Source of the DNA: an uncultured Dehalococcoidales bacterium
GTDB lineage: Bacteria > Chloroflexota > Dehalococcoidia > GIF9 > AB-539-J10
NCBI GenBank assembly: GCA_964585315.1
Contig: CAZPDE010000001.1
Coordinates: forward strand, 1-60,027
DNA: 60,027 bases
Direction: 5' to 3'
This document shows positions 50,460 to 60,027 of this stretch, piece by piece. A program made the translations under genes and the position numbers. Within the stretch, counting starts at the first letter, position 1. Every line of letters starts with the position of its first letter. The notes under the pieces were generated by a model. The model saw only the letters and a list, made by a program, of their open reading frames with translations. It was not told the DNA's origin and ran no database searches.

Positions 50460-51194
50460 TTCTACAGTTTGGATTTTGGGCTAGCTTTGGAGAGCAGCGG
50501 CTCTAGCTTCGAGTTCCGTTTTCGGAGCCAAAATGTGGTGCTAAATTTATTAGTTTTATTGTATCGACATACCAGGTTAGTAGTGATACAATATGCGGTG
50601 TCTAAGAAGGGAGCGCCACATGTTTGTTCGAGTCAAGGGAACTGAGCCTTACCGCTACCTCCAGATCGTGGAGAACTACCGGGTGGGTAAGCATACCAGG
50701 CAAAGGGTGCTTTGCACCTTGGGAAGAGTAGAGCGCCTAATCGCTAACGGGAGCACCGATGCCTTACTCAGGTCCCTGTCCCGTTTCGGTCAGCAAGTAC
50801 AGTTGGTAGAGGAGTATAAGAGTGGTCAACTGGAAGCAAGGGCAGTAAGGCAAATTCCATCAGTGGGATGCTACAATCGGGGGTCATGTGTTCTGCTCCT
50901 TCCTAGCGCTGGTGCTGTTCGATGAACTGAAACATTGTCTGGCATCACGGGGTTGGGATTTGGAATGGAACGATATTCGGCATGACCTGCAGTCATTAAG
51001 CGAGGTTGAAGTCAGAGAGGGGGAGAACATCTATCTGTTGCGCACTCCGCTGCAAGGCGTAGCGGGAAAAGTGCTTCAAGCAGTGGGTGTGGCCATACCA
51101 CCGACGGTGCGACCTGCCTGAGGTGTGGTGCCAAAGATTTCGCATGCCCTCAATCCTCGTTCAAAATCCTCCGTTTTTCTGACAAACTGTAGAA
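50460..51194 (+). mobile_element. Internally deleted IS1634-like (IS4-superfamily) insertion sequence remnant
   Basis: Terminal inverted repeats are ttctacagtttg (50460-50471) and caaactgtagaa (51183-51194). The transposase N-terminus MFVRVKGTEPYRYLQIVENYRVGKHTRQRVLCTLGR (from 50620) is joined out of frame to the C-terminus ...FCSFLALVLFDELKHCL...VLQAVGVAIPP (to 51121). Confidence 0.6.
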
Positions 51195-52366
51195 GATGGG
51201 TCAAGGACCGCCCGGGAGCTAATGTGCGTCAGAAAGTAATAAGCCAGGTCTTTTCCTCCATAGAGAGGACAAAGATTGATACCGAGCGTAACCTGCTGGA
51301 CATCCTGGATAGAATCCACCAACTGAAAACTGAGCAAGTGGAGGAGACTCACATGTTCACCCTCTCGCAGGTTTATGAGGGACTGCTTCAGAAGATGGGA
51401 GAGAAGAACAACGATGGCGGTCAGTTTTTTACACCGAGGCAAATTATCAAAGCAATGGTACAGGCGGTAGGTCCCAAATTGGGGCAAACAGTTTATGACC
51501 CCTGCTGCGGCACTGGCGGATTTCTAGCTCAAGCCTACTCATACATGAGCGCTCAGGCGGGGAGCGCAGAAGATATCGAAATCCTCAAGGTCAGTGCCTT
51601 TTATGGGCGCGAGAAGGAAGACCTTGTTTATCCTATCACGCTAGCCAACCTTATACTTCAGGGAATAGACGAGCCGCATATTTGGCATGGAAATACCCTC
51701 ACGGGGCAGGAGGCCTACGGTGGGCTTTTTGCCAGCGCACCAGCTCTTTTTGATGTTGTTTTAACCAATCCGCCCTTCGGCGGCAAGGAAGGGAAAGATG
51801 CTCAAACCCACTTCGCTTACAAGACCAGAGCTACACAGGCGCTCTTCCTCCAGCATGTCATTGATAGCCTTAACATTGGAGGACGGTGTGGTATAGTGAT
51901 GGATGAAGGAACTCTCTTTCGCACTACCGAAAATGCCTTTGTTCAGACTAAACGCAAGCTTCTCAATGAGTGTAACTTGTGGTGCATTGTCAGTCTTCCC
52001 GCCGGCGTATTTATAAATGCTGGGGCAGCGAGCAAAACCAATCTCCTGTTTTTCACTAAAGGAGAGCCAAAAAAGGAGGTCTGGTACTACGACCTTTCCG
52101 ACATCAATGTCACCAAGAAACAGCCGCTCACAGTAGAGCACCTTGAGGAATTCTTTAGGCTGTTCCCCGAGCGAGCTTCAAGCGAGCATTCTTGGCGTGT
52201 GCCGATAGAAGAAATCAAAGATAAGAATTATGACCTTAAAGCAGTCAACCCAAACCGAAAACAGGAGGAAGACACACGAACACCTGAAGACCTCCTTTCG
52301 CTGATAGAGGCACAGGAGAAGGAGATATCGAATGCTCTTTTATCCTTACGGGATAAAGGTGTGTGA
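51125..52366 (+). CDS. N6-adenine DNA methyltransferase, HsdM-like, N-terminal region missing or replaced at the IS remnant
   Basis: QVYEGLLQKMGEKNNDGGQFFTPRQIIKAMV, motif I DPCCGTGGFL, motif IV NPPFGG. The first ~23 codons of the track ORF lie inside the IS right end. No hsdS or hsdR is adjacent. Confidence 0.75.
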   Translation: MVPKISHALNPRSKSSVFLTNCRRWVKDRPGANVRQKVISQVFSSIERTKIDTERNLLDILDRIHQLKTEQVEETHMFTLSQVYEGLLQKMGEKNNDGGQFFTPRQIIKAMVQAVGPKLGQTVYDPCCGTGGFLAQAYSYMSAQAGSAEDIEILKVSAFYGREKEDLVYPITLANLILQGIDEPHIWHGNTLTGQEAYGGLFASAPALFDVVLTNPPFGGKEGKDAQTHFAYKTRATQALFLQHVIDSLNIGGRCGIVMDEGTLFRTTENAFVQTKRKLLNECNLWCIVSLPAGVFINAGAASKTNLLFFTKGEPKKEVWYYDLSDINVTKKQPLTVEHLEEFFRLFPERASSEHSWRVPIEEIKDKNYDLKAVNPNRKQEEDTRTPEDLLSLIEAQEKEISNALLSLRDKGV

Positions 52367-52444
52367 GTACAAGCAGCTTACTTATATAGCTCTTAGCCTC
52401 GGACGCTATACACCGTTCAATGCTATAATAACCTTTGAATCTCC

Positions 52445-54616
52445 ATGGACATTTTAGCTGCGCTTAATCCTGCCCAGAGAAAGGCAGCAGAAATAACGGA
52501 AGGGCCTGTGCTTATTTTAGCTGGTCCTGGCAGCGGCAAGACCAGAGTAATTGCACACCGGGTTGCTTATCTGATTAAGATCTGCGGCGTTAATCCCTAT
52601 CACATCATGGCGGTTACCTTCACTAATAAAGCCGCCCGAGAAATGAAGGAAAGGTTAGAGCAGCTCCTGGGGCAGGCAGTGGAGGCTTTAACTCTGGGCA
52701 CCTTTCATGCCATCTGTGCCCGAATTCTCCGCCGTGAGGGTGAAGTTATAGGCTTAGATTCCAGCTTTGTTATTTATGATGAAGAGGACCAGTTAAGCTT
52801 GATAAAACAAGCTCTGGAAGAATTGAGCCTCGACCCTAAGCAGTATGCTCCACGCTCTTTACACTCAGCTATTAGCGCTGTCAAAAGCCGCCTTATCAGT
52901 CCTCAAAGCTATGCCCAGCGAATTAGTAGTTATTTTGAGGAGATAGCGCACAGGGTTTATCAGCGCTATCAAGGATTGCTCACTCAAAGTCAGGCAGTGG
53001 ATTTCGATGACTTATTAATGAAGACAGTGCAGCTATTCGATGATAATCCCAAGATTCTTAGCAGATACCAGTCACACTATGTTCATATATTAGTTGACGA
53101 ATTTCAGGATACCAATATTGCCCAGTATATGCTTATGAAGCAATTGGCAGGGAAGTACCATAATATCTGCGTGGTTGGCGACCCCGACCAATCCATCTAC
53201 TCCTGGAGGTTTGCTGATTTACACAATATCCTGAACTTTGAAAAGGATTATCCTGAAGCCAAAGTAGTGAAGTTGGAACAAAATTACCGCTCCACCAAGA
53301 CTATTCTGGAGGTGGCTTCAGATATTATCTCAACGAATGTGCAGCGCAAGCCAAAGGAGCTATGGACTGAAAATGAAGCTGTCTCTAAAGTCTCCATCAT
53401 AGAAAATTATAGCGAGGAAGAAGAAGCCCAATTCGTGGTGAGCGAGGCAGAGAAGCTGGTTAGCCAGGACAAAATCTCGCTCAAAGATTGCGCTGTGATG
53501 TACCGGGTCAATGCCCAGTCACGGGTGTTAGAGGAAACCTTTATGAGGTATGGTGTGCCTTACAGGCTTGTTGGCGGCACTCGCTTTTACCAAAGGCGGG
53601 AGGTTAAGGACATCATTGCCTATCTCAGACTTATTCATAATCCACAGGACAATGTTAGCCTGGCCAGAGTGATAAATGTGCCTGGGCGGGGCATTGGGCA
53701 ACGTACCTTGGGTCACCTCCAAAGCTGGGCAAGGGCTCATGATGCTTCCCTTTACGAGGCTTCAGGGCAAGCCGCAGAAGAGAAAGTTCTTCGTTCACAT
53801 ATCAATCAAGTCTTGATAGGATTTTCCGCTCTCATCCATGAGCTTATCGCCCAAAAGCGTGAGCTAAGTCTCGTTGAGCTATTAGCTGAGATATTGGAGC
53901 GTACCAAGTATAGGGAATATATTCAGGGGAAGGAGGGTGGAGAGGAGAGGTGGGAAAATGTAATGGAGCTAAAGAGTGTTGCCAGGGAATATGATGAGCT
54001 TAACCCTGAAGAGGCATTAGCCACCTTCTTAGAGAAGGTCAGTCTGGTATCGGATATAGATGAATTAGATGAAAAGGCTGACGCCGTAACCCTAATTACC
54101 TTGCATAAAGCTAAAGGCTTAGAGTTTCCCGTGGTTTTTATCGTGGGCATGGAAGAAGGAATTCTCCCCTACAGGAAATCTTTTGATGCTCCAGAGGAAA
54201 TGGAGGAAGAACGTCGCCTGTGCTATGTCGGCGTGACCCGAGCTAAGAAGCGGCTCTACCTCCTTCGCAGCCATCGTCGCAGCTTATTTGGCAGTAGCTC
54301 AGCAAATCTGCCGTCTCGCTTTCTTAAGGATATTTCACCACATCTAGTGACTACCAAGGGACTATGGGAGGAGCCGAGTTTGATAGCTCCTCAAACTTCA
54401 CTGAAAGCTGATAGCTGTCAGCTGATAGCTCTCAGTTTAAGGGTTGGAGATTGGGTTCGCCACCCGAAATTTGGCGATGGCATAGTGATGAATTGCTCCC
54501 CAAGCAGGGGCGACCACGAGGTGACCGTAGCATTTGAAGAAGCGGGGGGTAAGAAGCTTCTGCTCAGCCTGGCAAAATTGGAGAAAATCGAGAAAGAAAT
54601 AGATTTTCACTCATAA
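52445..54616 (+). CDS. pcrA: ATP-dependent DNA helicase PcrA/UvrD
   Basis: LNPAQRKAAE, AGPGSGKT, VDEFQDTN, YRSTKTIL, LHKAKGLEFPVVF, CYVGVTRAK. Confidence 0.93.
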   Translation: MDILAALNPAQRKAAEITEGPVLILAGPGSGKTRVIAHRVAYLIKICGVNPYHIMAVTFTNKAAREMKERLEQLLGQAVEALTLGTFHAICARILRREGEVIGLDSSFVIYDEEDQLSLIKQALEELSLDPKQYAPRSLHSAISAVKSRLISPQSYAQRISSYFEEIAHRVYQRYQGLLTQSQAVDFDDLLMKTVQLFDDNPKILSRYQSHYVHILVDEFQDTNIAQYMLMKQLAGKYHNICVVGDPDQSIYSWRFADLHNILNFEKDYPEAKVVKLEQNYRSTKTILEVASDIISTNVQRKPKELWTENEAVSKVSIIENYSEEEEAQFVVSEAEKLVSQDKISLKDCAVMYRVNAQSRVLEETFMRYGVPYRLVGGTRFYQRREVKDIIAYLRLIHNPQDNVSLARVINVPGRGIGQRTLGHLQSWARAHDASLYEASGQAAEEKVLRSHINQVLIGFSALIHELIAQKRELSLVELLAEILERTKYREYIQGKEGGEERWENVMELKSVAREYDELNPEEALATFLEKVSLVSDIDELDEKADAVTLITLHKAKGLEFPVVFIVGMEEGILPYRKSFDAPEEMEEERRLCYVGVTRAKKRLYLLRSHRRSLFGSSSANLPSRFLKDISPHLVTTKGLWEEPSLIAPQTSLKADSCQLIALSLRVGDWVRHPKFGDGIVMNCSPSRGDHEVTVAFEEAGGKKLLLSLAKLEKIEKEIDFHS

Positions 54617-54658
54617 ACTATTGACAGAATACACGAAAGCGTGTAGCATATAATTCAA

Positions 54659-56347
54659 ATGCCTATTAAAGTTTTAGCGCCAGAGCTAGCCTCCAAGATT
54701 GCCGCTGGGGAGGTGGTTGAGAGACCAGCTTCAGTGGTGAAGGAGTTGGTGGAGAACTCTTTGGATGCCGGAGCCAGCCAAATTAGCGTTGAAGTCCAAG
54801 GCGGTGGCATAGGTCTGATTAAGGTAAGTGATAATGGAGCAGGTATCCCGGCGCCGGAGGTGGAGCTTGCCTTCTGTCGCTATGCTACGAGCAAGATTAG
54901 CAACTTAGCCGATTTAGAGGGTATCGGCAGCCTCGGCTTTCGGGGCGAAGCTCTGCCCAGTATTGCTGCTGTGGCTGAAGTGGAAATTTTCACAAGAAAC
55001 AAGTCGGAGGCTGTTGGCAGCTACATGTATTTGAGAAATGGCGACATAGCTCGCAGAGAGAGTCGCGCTAGACCCCAAGGCACTACCGTAACTGTACACC
55101 GGCTATTCCGTTACTTCCCGGCTCGACTCAAGTTCCTGAAATCAGTAAATACCGAAAATAGCCATATCGCCTATGTGGCAAGTCAATACGCGCTGGCTTT
55201 CCCTGAGGTTAGATTCAGGTTGCTCCTGGATAAGCGCCTTAGTTTCAATACTCCCGGCAATGGTGACCTGCGAGATGTAGTAAATCAGCTATATGGTCTA
55301 GATGTGGCGCAGAGGATGCTGAAGGTAGCGGGGATAGATAGCTACCTCCATATCAGTGGTCTAGTAAGTCCCCCTTCCTTGGCTCGCTCCAATCGCAGTT
55401 ATCTCAGCTTCTTTGTCAACCAACGATGGGTGCGCAGCCCTCTGCTGACCAGAGCTGCTGAGCAGGCTTATCATGGATTGCTTATGGAGGGCAAGCATCC
55501 CATGGCTATAATCAACATTTCATTGCCCGCCGAGGAGGTTGATGTTAATGTCCATCCCACCAAAGCCCAAGTAAAGTTTTGCCACGAGCAGGCTGTTTTC
55601 GCCAGCGTAGAAGAGACAATAAAGGGAGCATTATCTCAGATGCCTATAGCTACTACCAAAGCTGTGTCCTTTTCAACTACTTCGTGGCAGGAGATTGCTT
55701 CGTTGCCCTCGCAAAGACTGGGGACGATAAGCGACAACGAGCCGACTTTTATCACTCCGTTGCCTACTATCAGGTTGCCTGTTTTGCGTGTGGTGGGACA
55801 GCTAGCCAATACTTACATTATTGCTGAGGGACCTGATGGGCTTTACCTCATCGACCAGCATGCGGCACATGAGCGTATATTCTATGAGAGAATTTTAGCC
55901 CAATGGGCACAAAAGGAAATTGAAGTTCAGGGGTTACTCCAACCAATAACCATAGAGCTTAGCCCCGGAGAGGAGGGAACCCTGAAAGCTAACGAAGAGA
56001 TTCTAGCTCAATTTGGCTTCGCTATTGAGTCTTTTGGAAGCAGAAGTTACTTGGTACGTGCTGTGCCAGCATTAATAGCAAAGGCAAATCTCGTTGAGAC
56101 ATTAAGTGAGTTGCTTGATAACCTCGCGAGCAAAGAAAACTACTCTCCGTGGGAAGAAAAGATAGCCGCGTCCCTTGCTTGCCATAGCGCCATCAGGGCA
56201 GGGCAGCAGTTAAGCAATGATGAGATGCGAGAGCTAATAAAGCAACTAGAAGAAGCCCATCAGCCGCGCACTTGCCCTCATGGCAGGCCAACCATGATTC
56301 ACCTGAGCTCGCATCAACTGGAGAAGGAGTTTGGCAGGATAAGCTAG
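54659..56347 (+). CDS. mutL: DNA mismatch repair protein MutL
   Basis: IAAGEVVERPASVVKELVENSLDAGA, GFRGEAL, and C-terminal DQHAAHERI ... CPHGRP. Confidence 0.95.
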   Translation: MPIKVLAPELASKIAAGEVVERPASVVKELVENSLDAGASQISVEVQGGGIGLIKVSDNGAGIPAPEVELAFCRYATSKISNLADLEGIGSLGFRGEALPSIAAVAEVEIFTRNKSEAVGSYMYLRNGDIARRESRARPQGTTVTVHRLFRYFPARLKFLKSVNTENSHIAYVASQYALAFPEVRFRLLLDKRLSFNTPGNGDLRDVVNQLYGLDVAQRMLKVAGIDSYLHISGLVSPPSLARSNRSYLSFFVNQRWVRSPLLTRAAEQAYHGLLMEGKHPMAIINISLPAEEVDVNVHPTKAQVKFCHEQAVFASVEETIKGALSQMPIATTKAVSFSTTSWQEIASLPSQRLGTISDNEPTFITPLPTIRLPVLRVVGQLANTYIIAEGPDGLYLIDQHAAHERIFYERILAQWAQKEIEVQGLLQPITIELSPGEEGTLKANEEILAQFGFAIESFGSRSYLVRAVPALIAKANLVETLSELLDNLASKENYSPWEEKIAASLACHSAIRAGQQLSNDEMRELIKQLEEAHQPRTCPHGRPTMIHLSSHQLEKEFGRIS

Positions 56348-56595
56348 TCTTAACCTCTTGCAAGTTTGTGTTCATGATAGCTCAGAAATCGATCAATAGC
56401 TTTAGCGGCGTTGCCTATCGAGGGATAGACAGGAATACCAGCTTCGTAAAACTTCCTCCCGACTTCCTACATTTTCAGGGAAATTAGATACGGCTTCCCG
56501 AAATCAGGGCGCTACATCGAGGTTCTAGCGATTTCCCTACCTGGAGCTTACCCCAAATCCCCTCTTTCGTAGGAAGTCGGGAGACAAGACCAATC

Positions 56596-56736
56596 ATGTC
56601 GGGAAATTTTGATGAGCAGCCGGCAATGAAACTTTTTCCCTACCGCAAAGTGGGAGGTTTACCCAACTCAAGGGTTATTATGCGTAATTCGTTCTTCTTC
56701 GGAAATCACCCTGGCATTACTCAAGAGGAACGATAG
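56596..56736 (+). pseudogene. C-terminal fragment of a DegT/RfbH-type sugar aminotransferase/dehydratase
   Basis: My translation gives ...KLFPYRKVGGLPNSRVIMRNSFFFGNHPGITQEER*, resembling the conserved C-terminus (LPN.d.im.n.FwiGvyPgl). There is no upstream body. Confidence 0.35.
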
Positions 56737-56747
56737 GCAATTGTGTA

Positions 56748-57080
56748 TTATTTTAGTGAATTTATGAAATAGACATCCAGTCCACCGTTTGAGTATAACT
56801 TATCTACAGTGGTATCATAACTTACCCTTTCGAAGTCCTGCGGTAAAAACCGGATCTCTGCCATCCTTGGATGAATGTCCCTGTAGATAGATTTATCCCT
56901 GCCAGCCAGCACCATGTAAGTATTTTGAGCATATGACTGTCCTAAAGTTGAGTACTTATCATAGCCAAAATGCCAGGAAGGACGAAGATCCTCTCTGATC
57001 ATCCCTCGAGTGGTCATTATATCTTGCCGTCGGCTGCGCTCTTCCTGAGTTAGTAAAAACCGGGCAACCTGTCCAGGCAT
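56748..57080 (-). CDS. Hypothetical protein or gene fragment (native start MPGQVARF at 57080)
   Basis: The N-terminal 42 codons of the track ORF 56748..57206 lie inside the IS3 element. Removing the IS leaves an ATG at 57080 with a stop just upstream. Confidence 0.35.
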   Translation of the reverse strand: MPGQVARFLLTQEERSRRQDIMTTRGMIREDLRPSWHFGYDKYSTLGQSYAQNTYMVLAGRDKSIYRDIHPRMAEIRFLPQDFERVSYDTTVDKLYSNGGLDVYFINSLK

Positions 57081-57172
57081 AATTGATTGAGGTGGTCCCA
57101 GAAATTTGGACAGGTTGTTAAGAGCGGGTTCTGCTCCTAGAATAAAATAGACCAAAGAAGGAGGAGCAGGAC

Positions 57173-57457
57173 ATGAAACAGAACCGAAGGAAACACAGCC
57201 CATCATTTAAAGCCAAGGTAGCCCTGGAAGCGCTAAAGTGCGAGGAGACAACAGCCGAACTGGACGGCCGTTTTGAGGTTCACCCGAGCCAAATACGTAG
57301 CTGGAAGAATGTCCTGGCTGAAGGTGCATCTGGCATCTTCGGTGATAACCAGTATCAGAAGAAGAAAGATGTTGAGGCCCTCACTGCTCAGCTGTATCAG
57401 CAGATAGGCCAGCTCAAGGTAGAGCGGGATTTCTTGGAGCGCAGCTTGGGTCGCTGA
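57173..57457 (+). CDS. IS3 transposase OrfA (HTH)
   Basis: RRKHSPSFKAKVALEALKCEETTAELDGRFEVHPSQIRSWKN plus a leucine-zipper-like tail. Confidence 0.9.
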   Translation: MKQNRRKHSPSFKAKVALEALKCEETTAELDGRFEVHPSQIRSWKNVLAEGASGIFGDNQYQKKKDVEALTAQLYQQIGQLKVERDFLERSLGR

Positions 57458-57459
57458 AC

Positions 57460-58383
57460 GTGGAGCGGCGGCGTGCCGTGGTCGACCGCCGGCATCCGTC
57501 GCTCTCAATAGTCCGTCGGTGCGCCTTGCTGGATATCAGCCGTTTCGGCCTGTACTACCAGTCAATAGGAATCTCTGAGGAGGATCTCACCTTTATGAAG
57601 CTGCTCGACCGTCAATACCTTGCCACGCCGTTCTATGGGGCACGCCGGATGGCCGTGTGGCTGAATAAGCAGGATTATAAGGTTAACCGTAAACGCGTCC
57701 TGAGACTCATGCGAATAATGAGGCTCCATGCTATCTACCGACACCCCAGGACCAGCAAGCCGGTGCCAGGTCATAAAATCTACCCCTACCTGCTCAGTAA
57801 TATGAAGATAACACGACCAAACCAGGTATGGGCAGCGGATATCACCTACATTCCCATGGCGCGGGGATTTCTGTGCCTGGTAGCCATAATAGACTGGTAC
57901 AGCCGGTATGTGCTTTCCTGGAGGCTATCGAACACCATGGACGCCGGTTTCTGTGTCGAGGCTCTGGAGGAGGCGTTCAAGAAGAGTAAACCGGATATCT
58001 TCAACACCGACCAGGGTGCCCAGTTCACCAGTGAGGACTTCACCGGGTTTCTGGTGCAGCACGGAGTCAGGATCAGTATGGATGGGAAAGGAAGTTATAA
58101 TGACAATCTGTTTATAGAGCGGCTGTGGCGGTCAGTAAAGCACGAGGATGTGTATTTGAAAGCATATCAGGATGGAAAAGATGCCAGGGTTGGAATCGGT
58201 GACTACTTCTGTTTCTATAACACCGAACGCCCTCACCAGGCTCTGGGCTACCGGACACCGGCTGAAGTATTCATCTCAAGCCCGGTGGAAGCTATCCATG
58301 GAGTTATGGTAGAATCCTTAACACCAGACCACTTGAGGATAGCGGGACCCAATCTTAACATAGTCCCTATTCTGTCTAAATGA
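57460..58383 (+). CDS. IS3 transposase OrfB (DDE/rve domain), -1 frame relative to OrfA
   Basis: WAADITYIPM, FNTDQGAQFTS and NLFIERLWRSVKHE form the D, D, E triad. It ends YNTERPHQALGYRTPAEVF. Confidence 0.9.
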   Translation: MERRRAVVDRRHPSLSIVRRCALLDISRFGLYYQSIGISEEDLTFMKLLDRQYLATPFYGARRMAVWLNKQDYKVNRKRVLRLMRIMRLHAIYRHPRTSKPVPGHKIYPYLLSNMKITRPNQVWAADITYIPMARGFLCLVAIIDWYSRYVLSWRLSNTMDAGFCVEALEEAFKKSKPDIFNTDQGAQFTSEDFTGFLVQHGVRISMDGKGSYNDNLFIERLWRSVKHEDVYLKAYQDGKDARVGIGDYFCFYNTERPHQALGYRTPAEVFISSPVEAIHGVMVESLTPDHLRIAGPNLNIVPILSK

Positions 58384-58398
58384 TGGGGTCCACCTCAG

Positions 58399-58632
58399 AT
58401 ACCTGAAGTAAAGGAATTTATAAAGCTGGAATTTGGAGAGAAGAGGACGATTGAGTCGGAGGTTATGCTCGAGTTTCTGACGAATGGATTTGAGCAAAAG
58501 CTACAGGAATTATATGAGGAGTTCCAGCGGGGTGAGTGTAGCTTGGAATATCTGGCTGACCAATTAGGTCTTAGCGCTTGGGAGATTTCGGATCTTCTTG
58601 AAGTTAGGGGATTAAAAACAACAAACCTATAG
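58399..58632 (+). CDS. UPF0175-like small HTH protein, 5' end abutting the IS3 insertion
   Basis: My translation gives IPEVKEFIKLEFGEKRTIESEVMLEFLTNGFEQKLQELYEEFQRGECSLEYLADQLGLSAWEISDLLEVRGLKTTNL*. The internal ATG is at 58465. The tail resembles the 59682 ORF. Confidence 0.4.
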   Translation: MPEVKEFIKLEFGEKRTIESEVMLEFLTNGFEQKLQELYEEFQRGECSLEYLADQLGLSAWEISDLLEVRGLKTTNL

Positions 58633-58834
58633 AACCTAGAACTTAGAACAATGAAGGAAATTCAAGAAACTCAACAAACTCTAGGAACTCTCCCGACTCC
58701 GTTGAGAGTCGTTGTTGCCATCCCTTGCTTCAACGCCGAGTCCTTTATTGCAGACGGCACAGCAGAGACAGCGAGAGCCATCGGGGTAATAGCGCCCTTT
58801 ACAGTGTCAGAAGGAAAGGTATTTCCACGAGATT

Positions 58835-59191
58835 TTGGGTTATAATTATCGCATGACCGATATAGCAGCAGCTATTGGCATTTGCCAGCTAAAGAAGTTG
58901 GATGAGTTCACGCGTAAAAGGATTGAGGACGCCAAGTTCCTGACCAAAGGAATTAGCAAAATTAGAGGGTTAAGTCCGCCCCTTGTAGCTCCAAATGTAA
59001 AACATGTTTTTCATCAATTTACCATCAAAGTAGCCAGGGATTTCCATTTGTCAAGAAATGAATTGCGCCAGAGGTTAAACGAGAATGTAATAGGCAGCGC
59101 TATATACTACCCGCTCCCAATATATAAACAGCCACTCTACCAGAAGCTGGGATATAATGACCATTTACCGATTTTCGAAAAAGTCGCTTAG
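58835..59191 (+). pseudogene. C-terminal third of a DegT/DnrJ/EryC1-family aminotransferase
   Basis: [35 protein letters not shown] is the conserved block after the PLP lysine region. The N-terminal two thirds are missing. Confidence 0.65.
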
Positions 59192-59258
59192 CAGGCGCTT
59201 TCCTTACTTACGGTAAAGGCACGATATGGCAAGGATTTCCCAAAAGGGGTGAAATAAA

Positions 59259-59495
59259 ATGAGGATAGAATATGACTCGGTGAGAGACCTCCTTTATATG
59301 TACTTCGCATCTCTGGAGGCAAAGGCAGCAGAAACTATAACAGTAGCCCCTGGTGTGCATGCCGATTTTGGCAGAAACGGGAAGTTGTTGGGGATAGAGG
59401 TCATTGATGCTTCAGATATTATAGGTAAAGAGATAGAGTTTGGGCTCCCTGAGACTGTCAACTTAGCGCCAAAAGTTAAAGTCAAGAAAGGATAA
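59259..59495 (+). CDS. DUF2283-family small protein
   Basis: MRIEYDSVRDLLYMYF...GVHADFGRNGKLLGIEVIDAS. Confidence 0.65.
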   Translation: MRIEYDSVRDLLYMYFASLEAKAAETITVAPGVHADFGRNGKLLGIEVIDASDIIGKEIEFGLPETVNLAPKVKVKKG

Positions 59496-59681
59496 TTCCT
59501 CTGAATGCATTGCAAGGAATGTCATCAGGGCTTACTATGAGAGGTATAGGGAAAATTCAAACAGTTTGAGATAGTTTGAAAGTCATTTGGTGGTGGGAAG
59601 GTAGCAACATAGTTATAATTGCAATGCGGTTTGGTGTGATAGACAGCAAATACAAGTTTTAGTAATGAGGAGGGTCACATA

Positions 59682-59945
59682 ATGAGCATAAATGCTACGG
59701 TAGCAAGGTTTCCCTTATTTAGAGGTTATGAGGAGAAACAAAGATTTTTAACAGTGTTAGGGATGCTTTATTCAAGGCAGATAACGCTTTCAAGAGCAGC
59801 AGAGCTGCTAGATATGGATAGAGATGAGCTTGCAGTAATATTAAAAAGCTTGAATCTTGAATATAGTTATCTAACGAAAGACGAATCAGAGAAAGAGCTA
59901 AAAGCTGCGAAGGCAGTAATAGAATCTGTTGCTCAAACCTGTTAG
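59682..59945 (+). CDS. UPF0175-family small HTH protein (antitoxin-like)
   Basis: ITLSRAAELLDMDRDELAVILKSLNL pattern. Confidence 0.55.
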   Translation: MSINATVARFPLFRGYEEKQRFLTVLGMLYSRQITLSRAAELLDMDRDELAVILKSLNLEYSYLTKDESEKELKAAKAVIESVAQTC

Positions 59946-60027
59946 TGATAATCTCAATCGGCGGTCTCCACTTAACACCGCAAATATAACATGATTAATT
60001 TTGCGGCGCTTTCTGCATCATAGGCTT

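Larger units (their letters stand above)
57088..58397 (+). mobile_element. Intact IS3-family insertion sequence with 3-bp target-site duplication
   Basis: IRL is tgaggtggtcccagaaatttggacag (57088-57113). IRR reverse complement is tgaggtggaccccatcatttagacag (58372-58397), a 20/26 match with TG...CA termini. It is flanked by gat (57085-57087) and gat (58398-58400). Confidence 0.9.

Noticed and set aside
50415-50645. Considered whether track ORF 50415..50645 is a real gene.
   Set aside because: It spans a family-B repeat and the left end of the IS remnant, and has no coding signature.

Overview
This is a 60-kb chromosomal window from a moderately AT-rich bacterium. Gene content and order look Chloroflexota/Dehalococcoidia-like, which is inference only: alaS-ruvX-aroE, rpmB next to DAK2(yloV)-degV-recG, a hisZ-G-D-C-B operon, a split methylmalonyl-CoA mutase with epimerase, nfeD-SPFH, argS, thiC, pcrA and mutL. 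No rRNA, tRNA or CRISPR was found. The main signal is a dense set of short modular interspersed repeats. Family A is GC-rich and has 15 copies. Ten of these lie inside conserved ORFs: ruvX, aroC x2, hisC x2, hisD, DAK2, recG x2 and argS. None breaks a reading frame, and each adds about 25-70 aa of low-complexity peptide, much like Rickettsia palindromic elements. The other families are a Pro/Leu/Ser/Arg-type hairpin MITE (B), AT-rich intergenic modules (C), a leader-like module directly upstream of three start codons (D), GC hairpins (E), a two-copy structured 75-nt element (F) and direct repeats flanking one cassette-like gene (G). The accessory patches are as follows. A type III Mod-like methylase plus YefM/YoeB sits at the left edge. 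A small island at 20.7-24.9 kb is bounded by a diverged duplicate of the hisB 3' end; it carries decayed toxins (hicA split by a MITE, hepT with two nonsense codons), a retropepsin-like gene with an in-frame TAG and a YaaA-like gene. An AT-rich radical-SAM/SPASM plus DUF1464-like pair lies between aroE and aroC. Other notable items are a tandem-fused double HisG, duplicated mutase catalytic subunits, an IS1634-like remnant abutting a truncated HsdM-like methylase, and an intact IS3 element with a 3-bp target duplication in a degraded sugar-biosynthesis locus. All calls come from reading the sequence and ORF translations; no database search was run.
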